Source: an uncultured Candidatus Actinomarina sp. (GTDB taxonomy: Bacteria; Actinomycetota; Acidimicrobiia; Actinomarinales; Actinomarinaceae). Taken from it: DNA of 64,000 nucleotides. The stretch is from NCBI GenBank assembly GCA_902578135.1, contig CACHBU010000004.1, positions 8,120 to 72,119 on the forward strand. The letters are read 5' to 3'. The position numbers and the translations under genes are program-made. Shown in pieces: positions 47,909-57,261 of the stretch. The notes below the pieces were generated by a model. It was given only the letters and a program-made list of their open reading frames with translations, was not told the origin of the DNA and made no database searches. The number at the start of each line of letters is the position of its first letter. The stretch's first letter is position 1.

Positions 47909-48544
47909 TTATAGACTTTTTAAAATCTGATTTATTATTTCAATATCTAACATTTCAACTATTTGATCTGCTTCACTCAGTTGTTCTTTAGAAAACATAC
48001 CTCTGTCTATAGCTAAAACATAAGAGCCTGAAGCTTTACCAGATGAAATGCCTGTCGGACTATCTTCGATAACTAAATTATTAGAAGTTCCCAATTGTTC
48101 TATCGCCTTATTGTAAATGTCTGGATATGGTTTGTTTCTACTAACCTGATTTCCTCCAATAACAAAATCAAAATAAGAATCAACCTTGAACTTTTGAAGT
48201 TTTTTACTTAATAACTCATATGGACTTGCAGATACACAGGCCTGTTTATGTTCTAGTTGCGATAATTGATAAAGGAGTTGTTTTGAATCTTGAAATATTA
48301 TTCTTTCATCTAGAGAGTTTTCAATTATTGAACCTAGCTTTGACATCGTTTGATCGAAATTTTCTAGATTTACCTGATCCGAATAAAACGAATGCACTAT
48401 CCTGTCATCAACTCCAATAAATTGTTTTATTTCATCTTCAGGGATACTTAATCCAAATGCTTTTAAATGTGTCTGCCATGCATAGGCATAGAGTCGCTCA
48501 GTATCCATGATTGTTCCATCACAGTCCCAATGTATACCGAGCAT
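47909..48544 (-). CDS. HAD-superfamily hydrolase (beta-phosphoglucomutase-like subfamily)
   Basis: N-terminal DCDGTIMDTE (DxDGT) and a distal EDSPTGISSGKASG motif. Confidence 0.8.
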   Translation of the reverse strand: MLGIHWDCDGTIMDTERLYAYAWQTHLKAFGLSIPEDEIKQFIGVDDRIVHSFYSDQVNLENFDQTMSKLGSIIENSLDERIIFQDSKQLLYQLSQLEHKQACVSASPYELLSKKLQKFKVDSYFDFVIGGNQVSRNKPYPDIYNKAIEQLGTSNNLVIEDSPTGISSGKASGSYVLAIDRGMFSKEQLSEADQIVEMLDIEIINQILKSL

Positions 48545-49626
48545 TAACCTAACTTACTTTTAATATCTTTTGCTGATTTCAATGCAGTCCCATCAGATCC
48601 TTCTGTGGACCAAGATGACAAAGAATTTCTGGCTTCAGAAATCATATCATTCATTAACTCAAATTTGCTAAACCCTTTTGACTCCCATAAGTAGAGTGCA
48701 TGGCTACCGGGTATTGTATTAACTTCATTTATATATAATTCTTGATCTTTCAATAGAAAATCTACCCTTGCTATTCCCCTAATATCAACAATTGACATAA
48801 ATAAATCTAAAATTCGATTAATTTCATCTTTAATTTCTTTCGATATATTTGCTGGCAGTTCTCTTTTTGAACCTTCTAATCCACCATTTTCAAGATATTT
48901 GTCAGTGTATGAAAACAATTCAAAATTGTTTGATCTAATTGGCTTTTCAATATCTGAATAATCAATTTGAGGAAACGATCTTACAGCAACCAACAAATCC
49001 GTGGATTTTTCAAGATACTTTTCAATGGTTGCACCTTGGTTATACAAATCTGAATTTGAAGAAATGGTTATTGCGGTTTTATAATCGTCTACAACTTCTA
49101 CACCAATTGAAGATCCTCCAAATCTAGGTTTTAGAATATATGGTCCCTCAAATTTTGGAAGAACTTTTTCTGATACTAAATGTTTTTCCAGAACTGGTAT
49201 GTTATTACTATTCATTAAGGCAAAAAAAGCATACTTATCCATACATAATTGAGATGTGGTCAATGAAGGACCAGTAAAATCTATCTCTAATAAAGCTAAT
49301 AAACTCTGTAATGTTCCGTCTTCACCTGGACCACCATGACATGAATTTACGATTAAATCTATTTCTATTTTTTTCTTTTTAATGTAAAAACCAGGATTTG
49401 AATCGTACTTAATTGTTATCTCTTTCTTAAAAATATTTTTATTTTCAATGAAATCCTTAGATTCAAGATCATTATCAACTAAAAACCATCTGTTGTCACG
49501 AGACCAATAGATGTTCAAAACTTCATATTTTGAAGACAATATTTTTGCAGCTTGTAAGCCAGTCAATATTGAAATGTCGTGTTCTGGAGATGGACCTCCA
49601 TAAATGACTGCTAATTTGTTACTCAT
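48544..49626 (-). CDS. ddl: D-alanine--D-alanine ligase family ATP-grasp enzyme
   Basis: 360 aa containing VIYGGPSPEHDISILTG and a C-terminal NEVNTIPG. The ddl-near-recG synteny is typical of actinobacteria. Confidence 0.88.
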   Translation of the reverse strand: MSNKLAVIYGGPSPEHDISILTGLQAAKILSSKYEVLNIYWSRDNRWFLVDNDLESKDFIENKNIFKKEITIKYDSNPGFYIKKKKIEIDLIVNSCHGGPGEDGTLQSLLALLEIDFTGPSLTTSQLCMDKYAFFALMNSNNIPVLEKHLVSEKVLPKFEGPYILKPRFGGSSIGVEVVDDYKTAITISSNSDLYNQGATIEKYLEKSTDLLVAVRSFPQIDYSDIEKPIRSNNFELFSYTDKYLENGGLEGSKRELPANISKEIKDEINRILDLFMSIVDIRGIARVDFLLKDQELYINEVNTIPGSHALYLWESKGFSKFELMNDMISEARNSLSSWSTEGSDGTALKSAKDIKSKLG

Positions 49627-49629
49627 AAT

Positions 49630-51153
49630 TTAAGGGTGATGGTCAGGTAAATCATTTTCAAATAATACAACATCATTATCTTTCACCACAGAGTTTAGAT
49701 AAGAAACAGCTAAATCTCTATTTTTAAAAAATTTAACTGGAACATTGTTATCTTCAAAAGCCAGTGTAAGTGATGTTTTGTTTGTAAATCCTACTACAAG
49801 AGCTTCGTCTATAATCTCACTTGCATTAAAAGCAAACTCATAATTATATGAAAACTGTTCGGAACCTAGTTCTACCATTCCTGGGGTAATTAAATATTTT
49901 TTACCATTAGTTTCATATGAATGCAATAGTTCTAAACTTGCTAGATTTGAAATTGGGTTTGAATTAAAAGAATTATCAATAATAGTTTGGCCCATGTTGC
50001 CTTTTAATACATTCTGACGATGAGAGGTTTTCTCTAAATTTTCAATCTTTTGAAAATATTCTATTATGTCCATCTCTAAAGCTATTAATACACCAACCGT
50101 CAATGCAATAGAGAGTTGTAATATTTTAGAACCTTTTACAGAGGTTATGAATTTACCTGATATGTAAATTGAATGTAGTGAATTTTCATAATCAACAAAG
50201 ACAGCAGCATTTTTTGATGTTACTGAACAATCGATCACCATTTTTTGTGCAGTCCATAATCTAGCTTGATTAAGTAGAAACTCATCATCTCCGTTAATTA
50301 TGACTGTACCTGTAAGATCAACAATCTCTGATTTTGCATCAAGAATATTTTCTAGTGATTTCATTCTTTCTAAGTGAACAGGTGCTATACCAGTTATAAC
50401 CGAAATATGAGGCTTAACCCATGCACACATTTCACGTATTTCTCCAAATCCATAAGTTCCCATTTCAAAGACAGCAATTTCATGTGAAGAATTTAAATCT
50501 TCATTAATTGATTTAGATATTCCAAGTCGATTATTAAAACTTTCTGGTGTAGCAAACACATTGCTTTTGGTTGAGATTACTTGAGAAATAGTATTTTTAG
50601 TCGTTGTCTTAGAATATGAACCAGTAATTGCAATTATTGGGCCGTTGAATGTTGATAGCTTCTTTTCTGCTTCATCAACATAAATTTGAGATTTATTTTT
50701 TTCATAACCTTTTGTGATTCTAAGAGCTTGATCAAATACATAATGTGAGAAAACATTTGCAATAAGTGCAAGAAAATAACCAAATCCTGAGTTTATTGAT
50801 ATGACTGATATGGAAATAATTAAAATATAGTAAACAATATTTAAACGTTTTAATCTTTCAGTAAATTCAACCTTTGAAGATCTGTCTTTAAATAATAGGC
50901 CCCTTGGTAGGAAAAGATTTATTATGGCTAGGCCAATTGCGGTGTATGGAGTCCAGAGGCTTAAAAAAGCTAATATGATGCAAGACAAATAATAAAGATT
51001 GTTAAAAGGTACTAATCTAACCCATCTAAAGTAAAACTTTGTTACATACCCAGGGATATAATGTTCTCTCTGAGCAATCCTACCCCATCTTAAAGAATTT
51101 ACGCATGAACTTAATGTGAGTAAAATTAAAACAGTTGTATAAAGAATATTCAT
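49630..51153 (-). CDS. MurF-type Mur ligase with an N-terminal polytopic membrane domain
   Basis: aa 1-~165 form 4-5 hydrophobic helices. These are followed by IAITGSYSKTTTKN, SFNNRLGISKS, EMGTYGFGEI, DNSFNSNP and PGMVELG, all MurF-like blocks. Confidence 0.8.
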   Translation of the reverse strand: MNILYTTVLILLTLSSCVNSLRWGRIAQREHYIPGYVTKFYFRWVRLVPFNNLYYLSCIILAFLSLWTPYTAIGLAIINLFLPRGLLFKDRSSKVEFTERLKRLNIVYYILIISISVISINSGFGYFLALIANVFSHYVFDQALRITKGYEKNKSQIYVDEAEKKLSTFNGPIIAITGSYSKTTTKNTISQVISTKSNVFATPESFNNRLGISKSINEDLNSSHEIAVFEMGTYGFGEIREMCAWVKPHISVITGIAPVHLERMKSLENILDAKSEIVDLTGTVIINGDDEFLLNQARLWTAQKMVIDCSVTSKNAAVFVDYENSLHSIYISGKFITSVKGSKILQLSIALTVGVLIALEMDIIEYFQKIENLEKTSHRQNVLKGNMGQTIIDNSFNSNPISNLASLELLHSYETNGKKYLITPGMVELGSEQFSYNYEFAFNASEIIDEALVVGFTNKTSLTLAFEDNNVPVKFFKNRDLAVSYLNSVVKDNDVVLFENDLPDHHP

Positions 51154-51857
51154 TTTTTAATTAATTCAATTATAATCTGTGAGCTATTCATTAGTACATT
51201 GTGGCCAGCACCAGGGATTATCGTTAATTCAGAATTAGGAATTATATCATTTGAGTCCAATCCTACTTGAAGGGGTACTTCTGAGTCTTCTTCTCCCCAC
51301 ACAAGTTCGACTTCAGTGTCTATATATGGAAGAATGCCTTTCAAGTCATCATTGACTGCCATTACTAGTGTGTCTTTTAAATGTTTATTAGAATTTTTAT
51401 AATCTTCAGAACCATATTTATTTTTCATCTGATCTAATTTTTCATTATCAACTAATTTATATTTATTCATTAACTTATAGAGGTTAAAGGCAGAAAATGA
51501 TTTTTTAGTATTTTGTTTTCTTATCAAAGGTGTACCAATTAACACTATCTTCTTATAATTTTTTATCTGAGATAAGTGAACAGCTATTCTTCCACCAAAT
51601 GAATGTCCAACTAAAACTTCAACAGAACTAGGAATTATATCAGCGAGATATGCAGCATATTTTTTTGGAGATAGGCTTTGTGGAAATGGAACAGATTTCC
51701 CGAAGCCAGGAATGTCTAAGGAGATAGATTCAAATTCTTTTTCTATATTCATAAAATCTTTAGAGCTTCTGCCCCATCCATGAAGAAAGCAGACTTTTGG
51801 TTTATCAGAATTAATATTCGCAAGCGTCAAATTATCATCAAGAACTTTATATACCAT
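51150..51857 (-). CDS. alpha/beta-fold hydrolase
   Basis: 235 aa containing FLHGWG, nucleophile elbow GHSFGG and C-terminal GAGHNV. Confidence 0.8.
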   Translation of the reverse strand: MVYKVLDDNLTLANINSDKPKVCFLHGWGRSSKDFMNIEKEFESISLDIPGFGKSVPFPQSLSPKKYAAYLADIIPSSVEVLVGHSFGGRIAVHLSQIKNYKKIVLIGTPLIRKQNTKKSFSAFNLYKLMNKYKLVDNEKLDQMKNKYGSEDYKNSNKHLKDTLVMAVNDDLKGILPYIDTEVELVWGEEDSEVPLQVGLDSNDIIPNSELTIIPGAGHNVLMNSSQIIIELIKK

Positions 51858-52225
51858 TAATTAAGTCCTAATCCTAAAGTTTGAATAGCCCTAATTTCCA
51901 TTCCCATCAAAAAGAATAAAGCAAAAGACCAGTATAAATAATAATTTAATCTCATCTCATTTCGGTAAATATATAGAAATGTTAAAACGAATAAATTTAC
52001 AATATTGTAGAACATACTGAAAGAGCCGATTTCATTACTTTGGGAATAATAAATAACTATCAATACTTGTAGTAATACAGTTGCAAGAGAAGATGTTATT
52101 AAAAAATTGGTGATAGTAATGCTTACTTCAAATTTGCTGAATTTTATAAATAATAAAACAAGACCCACTAATGCACATACAACAATACTTATATATGAAG
52201 GTAATTCCATATAGTAAAAATCCAT
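51857..52225 (-). CDS. small polytopic membrane protein, unknown function
   Basis: 122 aa with about 4 TM helices. It is the first gene of the tightly overlapped operon. Confidence 0.55.
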   Translation of the reverse strand: MDFYYMELPSYISIVVCALVGLVLLFIKFSKFEVSITITNFLITSSLATVLLQVLIVIYYSQSNEIGSFSMFYNIVNLFVLTFLYIYRNEMRLNYYLYWSFALFFLMGMEIRAIQTLGLGLN

Positions 52226-52286
52226 GTATCTATTTTAGTGGCTACAGAATTGAGTATTAATAATTAATCAGTTACAGTATTCATTA

Positions 52287-53549
52287 ATGGTTAATCTAAT
52301 GAACAATGCTATCACTCAAAATGTGCCAAGTGCATGGTATAGCACTCTAGAAAATTTCATTGTAAAAGGAAAAAATGCTGAAATATGGGATTCTGAGGGT
52401 AAAAGATATCTAGATTATGTTGGTGGTTACGCAGTGCTTAATACCGGCCATCTTCATCCAAGAGTAGTTGAAAAAGTAAAAAATCAACTTAATGATTTTT
52501 CACATTCCTGTTTTGCATTTGCACCTCATGAAAATGCTGTAAAGCTATCGGAAGAGTTAAATAAAAGATATCCAATTACTTCAGATACAAAAACATTTAT
52601 GGTTAATAGTGGAGCTGAAGCTGTTGAAAATGCTGTAAAAATTGCAAGATATTATACAAATAAAAAATCAATCATATCATTTAAAGGTGGTTTTCACGGA
52701 AGAACATATCTAGCGATGGGTTTAACAGGAAAAGATAAACCATATAAAGAGGGGTTTGGTCCATTCCCAGAATTCGTAAAACATGCATTGTACCCATATT
52801 TATATAGGGATATATCTGATGACGATGCATTGGCAAGTATTAAAGACTTATTTAAAGAAACACTCAATCCTGATGATACTGCTGCTGTTGTTGTTGAGAT
52901 ACAACTCGGTGAAGGTGGCTATATTCCTGCTTCAAATTATTTCTTAAAAAGCTTGAGAGAAATTTGTGACTATCATAATATTCTGCTTATTTTTGATGAA
53001 GTACAAACTGGCTATGGAAGAACTGGTGAAATGTTTGGTGCAGAAACTGTAGGAGTTAATCCAGATTTAGTTACATTAGCAAAAGGTATAGCTGGAGGAT
53101 TTCCATTAGCCGCTGTACTAGGCAAAGCAGAAATAATGGATACTATTCATGATGCAGGAATAGGAAGTACTTTTGGAGCTTCGCCAGTCTCATGCGCTGC
53201 AGCTTTAGGTGTATTAGAAGCTTTTGATAATGAAAATATATTAGTAAATGCTTCAAAACAATCTGAAATTATGAATTCTTATTTAAAAAATTTGATGAAT
53301 GAAAATGAATTTATCGGTGATGTAAGAGGCTATGGTCCAATGATCGGTGTTGAGATCGTAGAAAATAAAGATTCAAAAACACCCAACAAAGAAAAAGCTC
53401 AAGAAATAATCAATAATTGTAGAGATAACGGTCTTCTTTTAGTAACTTGTGGAGAAAATGGAAACGTAATTAGATTTATGGGACCTCTCACTACGCCAAT
53501 AAAGCATGTTGAAGAGGCTTTGGGAATATTTGAAAATTCTCTAATCTAA
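52287..53549 (+). CDS. class III PLP aminotransferase (4-aminobutyrate aminotransferase-like)
   Basis: 420 aa containing NSGAEAVENAVKIAR, DEVQTGYGRTG and TLAKGIAGGFP (PLP lysine). Confidence 0.88.
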   Translation: MVNLMNNAITQNVPSAWYSTLENFIVKGKNAEIWDSEGKRYLDYVGGYAVLNTGHLHPRVVEKVKNQLNDFSHSCFAFAPHENAVKLSEELNKRYPITSDTKTFMVNSGAEAVENAVKIARYYTNKKSIISFKGGFHGRTYLAMGLTGKDKPYKEGFGPFPEFVKHALYPYLYRDISDDDALASIKDLFKETLNPDDTAAVVVEIQLGEGGYIPASNYFLKSLREICDYHNILLIFDEVQTGYGRTGEMFGAETVGVNPDLVTLAKGIAGGFPLAAVLGKAEIMDTIHDAGIGSTFGASPVSCAAALGVLEAFDNENILVNASKQSEIMNSYLKNLMNENEFIGDVRGYGPMIGVEIVENKDSKTPNKEKAQEIINNCRDNGLLLVTCGENGNVIRFMGPLTTPIKHVEEALGIFENSLI

Positions 53550-54622
53550 TTAATCTCTTTATGTGTAAGCTCATGGAGCTTCAATAATACATCACCATCT
53601 TTAACGGGTTGAAATGGAGCTTTCATTAACCAAGCAGAAACCAAATCGAGTGACTTTAAATCATTTTGCTCTTTAAAAAATTTCATATACCTAACTGCAT
53701 CAATGGTCACACCTGCGCTGTTTGGAGAATCCCATACTTCTAGTTGAACCTCTATATTTAATGGCGCACCACCAAAAGCTTTACCTTCAAGTCTAATAAA
53801 AGCTTTTTTTCTATCTTCTAACCACTTAACGTAATCCGATGGGCCTATTCTCACATTATCAGCTGAAATGCCTGTACCTTTGTTAGCAACAGAAGTCACA
53901 GATGAAGTTTTACTTGTTCTTTTAGTTTCTAATCTATCTTCTTCTAGCATATTAAGAAAATCCATATTTCCACCAACGTTTAATTGATATGTGTTTTCTA
54001 GCTTGACGCCACGGTCAGAGAATAACTGTGCAAGAGCTCTATGGACAATAGTTGCTCCAACTTGGCTTTTAATATCATCACCAATTAATGGAACCGAAGC
54101 ATCTTTAAATTTTTGATACCATTCTTCATCTCGAGCAATAAAAACTGGTATACAGTTTATAAAGCCTACATTAGAATTTATTGCAGCTTGTGCATAGTAT
54201 TTCACTGCCTCATCAGATCCAACTGGTAGAAGGTTAATCAATATTTCTGCCCCTGATTCCCTAAGAGATTCTTCAAAATTATCTGAATCAGGAGAAGTGT
54301 TAATAATATCTTTAACAAATTTACCAACTCCATCATTTTTGACACCTGGTTGAACAGTCACTCCTGTTTTCGGAACATCGCAAAATTTCATAGTATTATT
54401 TGGTTCAGCAAAAATTGCTTCACTTAAATCTTTTCCGACTTTTAATGAGTTTATGTCGTAGGCAGCAACAACTTCAATATCAGAAACTTTATATCCGCCA
54501 ATTACATCTGATATTAAGCCATCTTCATTGTCAGAATTGCTATAGTGTTCAATGCCTTGTACAAATGAACTTGCACAATTTCCAACTCCAAGAATTGCTA
54601 CTTTGATTTTGTCATTGCTCAT
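53546..54622 (-). CDS. ino1: myo-inositol-1-phosphate synthase
   Basis: 358 aa starting KIKVAILGVGNCASSFVQGIEHY, with later SQVGATIVHR and GGNMDFLN blocks typical of bacterial/archaeal MIPS. Confidence 0.9.
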   Translation of the reverse strand: MSNDKIKVAILGVGNCASSFVQGIEHYSNSDNEDGLISDVIGGYKVSDIEVVAAYDINSLKVGKDLSEAIFAEPNNTMKFCDVPKTGVTVQPGVKNDGVGKFVKDIINTSPDSDNFEESLRESGAEILINLLPVGSDEAVKYYAQAAINSNVGFINCIPVFIARDEEWYQKFKDASVPLIGDDIKSQVGATIVHRALAQLFSDRGVKLENTYQLNVGGNMDFLNMLEEDRLETKRTSKTSSVTSVANKGTGISADNVRIGPSDYVKWLEDRKKAFIRLEGKAFGGAPLNIEVQLEVWDSPNSAGVTIDAVRYMKFFKEQNDLKSLDLVSAWLMKAPFQPVKDGDVLLKLHELTHKEIN

Positions 54623-54825
54623 TCATATAACTTTAGCAACAATCAGATTTATGAATAATACAGTCTTAATTGAAAAGGAAATTAAACCAGCTAAAGGAAT
54701 TATACAAAATGCCAATAACAAAATACAAGATAAAAGTAGCAATGCCTACGATTTGTAATACTTTAAGAAAACTGTTCACTATTACATTTTACAAATATTC
54801 GAAATAATATATATATAATTTACAT

Positions 54826-55809
54826 ATGATAAAAAATTTATCTCCTTCAAGAGCATCTCAATTTAAAACCTGTCCCAAGCAATTTAAATTCGCAAATGTT
54901 GATAAATTAAAAGAACCTACAAATGAAGTTCAAGCAAAAGGTACTACTGTACATCAAGCACTAGAAGATTTGTTTGATTTGCCAAAAGAAGAGAGAAGTA
55001 TTGAAAAACTACATAATTTATTTCGAGATGCGTGGACAAAAGTTAGAGGAAATGATGAACATCATAATTTATTTTCAAATGTAGATGAAGAAAGAGAATG
55101 GGGTGTTGATGGTCTTAAATTGCTTAATAATTACATGGAAATAGAAGACCCTACAAGTTTTGAACCTTTAGAGCGCGAGCGTTGGGTAAGAGGCTCAATC
55201 AATGACTTAAATTTAAGAGGTATCTTGGACAGGATGGATAGAAATAAAAATGGTGATTTAATCATTGTGGATTACAAAAGTGGAAAAGCTCCTATGGCTA
55301 AATATAAAGAACCTAGATTTTTTGCTTTAAAATTATATGCGCTTCTAATCAAAGAAGAGCTCGGTGAGATGCCAGTTGAGCTAAAGTTAATTTACCTCAA
55401 AAATTCAACTATTCACACATTGAAAATAACCGAAGAAGATTTATCAAATGCAAAAAATGAAATTTTAGAAATTTGGGAAAATATAAAAAAAGCATATGAA
55501 GAGAATGAGTTTCCTGCAATAAAAAATACATTGTGTGACTGGTGTTACTACAAACCAATCTGTCCAGTATTTAATGAAAATGCTCCAAATACCGAAAATC
55601 TCAGAATTATAAACGAATCAATAGCTGAATTAGTGGAAGAAATTGAAGTTCTAGACATGTTTAAAGATGATGATAAAATTCCAGTAGATAGTCCGATTGG
55701 AAACACTAACAGAAAAGATATTGAATCAAAAATTTCTGAATTAGAAAATCAAAAAAATGAAATTCAAACTGAAATCGAAAAGCTTTTAAGGGAACAGTCC
55801 TCTAGTTAA
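54826..55809 (+). CDS. PD-(D/E)XK RecB/Cas4-like nuclease with Fe-S cysteines and a C-terminal coiled-coil tail
   Basis: Contains LSPSRASQFKTCPKQF, GILDRMD...IIVDYKSGK (D..(D/E)xK) and CDWCYYKPICP (CxxCx5C). The last ~80 aa are acidic and coiled-coil. Confidence 0.8.
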   Translation: MIKNLSPSRASQFKTCPKQFKFANVDKLKEPTNEVQAKGTTVHQALEDLFDLPKEERSIEKLHNLFRDAWTKVRGNDEHHNLFSNVDEEREWGVDGLKLLNNYMEIEDPTSFEPLERERWVRGSINDLNLRGILDRMDRNKNGDLIIVDYKSGKAPMAKYKEPRFFALKLYALLIKEELGEMPVELKLIYLKNSTIHTLKITEEDLSNAKNEILEIWENIKKAYEENEFPAIKNTLCDWCYYKPICPVFNENAPNTENLRIINESIAELVEEIEVLDMFKDDDKIPVDSPIGNTNRKDIESKISELENQKNEIQTEIEKLLREQSSS

Positions 55810-57051
55810 TTTTGCAGCAGCTACTCTTTTAATTCCTTTTATCAATGCAGCTGTACGCAAATCACAGTTTTGTTTTTGTGAAATAGTCCAAACTTCTTCA
55901 AATGAAGTAAGCATTACATCGATAAGCTTTTCATGTAATTCAGTTTCTTTCCATAAATAATTTTGAGTATTTTGTACCCATTCAAAATAACTAGCAGTAA
56001 TTCCTCCTGCATTAGCTAATATATCTGGAATAATAATTACTCCATTTTCTCTCAAAATCTTGTCAGCATTTAAAGTTGTTGGCGAATTTGCACCTTCAAT
56101 AAGCACATTTGTTTTAATTTTTTCTGCGTTATTAGAAGTAATCACACCTCCGACAGCTGCAGGTATTAGAACATCACATTCTATTTCTAAAATTTCACCT
56201 TCATAGTCTTCACCACCTTCAAAGCCTTTTACAGAAGGAGTTTTTGCAATATGTTTAAAAAGTTCCGGAATATTTAATCCATCTTTATTAAGTACTGCAC
56301 CACCTAGATCGTTAACTGCAATTACTTTAGCTCCCCGTTCATAAGAATCTAAAGCAGCATACCTTCCAACATTGCCAAATCCTTGAATTACAACACGTGA
56401 ATTCTCATATTTTTTACCTAATTTTTTCATCGCAGCTTCCCCTACAGCTACAGCTCCTCTTCCTGTTGATTCTCTTCTTGTAATAGAACCTCCCAGTGAA
56501 ACTGGTTTTCCTGTGACTATTCCAGGTTGAGGAGAGCCAACAAAGTTACTATATGTATCCATAATCCATGCCATTGTTTGCTCATCTGTGCCGAGATCTG
56601 GAGCAGGTATGTCTTTATCAACCCCTATTATCGGAAGTAATTCTGCTGTATACCTTCTAGTAACTCTTTGCTTTTCAGCTCTTGTTAAAGGGTTAGGATC
56701 AATGGCTACTCCGCCCTTAGCTCCACCATAAGGTAATCCAACAATTGCAGATTTCCAAGACATCAATATAGCCAAAGCTGTAACTTCACCTAGATTTACA
56801 TCCGGAGCATATCTTATACCACCTTTAGTAGGTCCCATCGACAAAACATGCTGGACTCGATATCCTACAACTGTCTCTACTTCGTCATATTCATCCCTTC
56901 TGAAAGGAAAAGTGACAACTAAAGACCTTTGGGGTAATTTAAGCCTTTCTCTTATATTGGAATCAAGATTTATTAAATTAGAGACTTCGTCATACTGTTT
57001 GATGACTTCTTTATACATATGTGAGTCAAAGAGATTATTTTCAACTATCAC
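55786..57051 (-). CDS. gdh: Glu/Leu/Phe/Val-family glutamate dehydrogenase
   Basis: Contains GPTKGGIRY, PYGGAKGGV and the Rossmann motif IQGFGNVG. Start is GTG 57051 or ATG 57018. Confidence 0.93.
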   Translation of the reverse strand: MIVENNLFDSHMYKEVIKQYDEVSNLINLDSNIRERLKLPQRSLVVTFPFRRDEYDEVETVVGYRVQHVLSMGPTKGGIRYAPDVNLGEVTALAILMSWKSAIVGLPYGGAKGGVAIDPNPLTRAEKQRVTRRYTAELLPIIGVDKDIPAPDLGTDEQTMAWIMDTYSNFVGSPQPGIVTGKPVSLGGSITRRESTGRGAVAVGEAAMKKLGKKYENSRVVIQGFGNVGRYAALDSYERGAKVIAVNDLGGAVLNKDGLNIPELFKHIAKTPSVKGFEGGEDYEGEILEIECDVLIPAAVGGVITSNNAEKIKTNVLIEGANSPTTLNADKILRENGVIIIPDILANAGGITASYFEWVQNTQNYLWKETELHEKLIDVMLTSFEEVWTISQKQNCDLRTAALIKGIKRVAAAKLTRGLFP

Positions 57052-57131
57052 AAGCTCATCATATATAGGTTTTGGCTAGAAAGGTTGTTATTTTATTTTT
57101 TTTGTCTCACTGAATTTCTAAATTATTAAAT

Positions 57132-57248
57132 ATGAAAGATAAAGAAATACTTAAATTACTTGAAACGTCCGGGATCAAAGCAAATTTTATTTGTATAGAC
57201 CACAATGACAGATGCAATTGTCATAGAATATATGATGAAGCAGCATAA
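57132..57248 (+). CDS. candidate 38-aa Cys/His mini-protein
   Basis: ATG ORF MKDKEILKLLETSGIKANFICIDHNDRCNCHRIYDEAA, ending 13 nt before the next gene. No clear SD, so it may not be translated. Confidence 0.3.
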   Translation: MKDKEILKLLETSGIKANFICIDHNDRCNCHRIYDEAA

Positions 57249-57261
57249 ATTAGGAGAATAG

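Noticed and set aside
54552-54758. 68-aa plus-strand ORF spanning the ino1 start and upstream spacer
   Set aside because: Its first third is antisense to the ino1 N-terminus. It has no RBS and a low-complexity product, so it was kept only as an alternative reading in the spacer finding.
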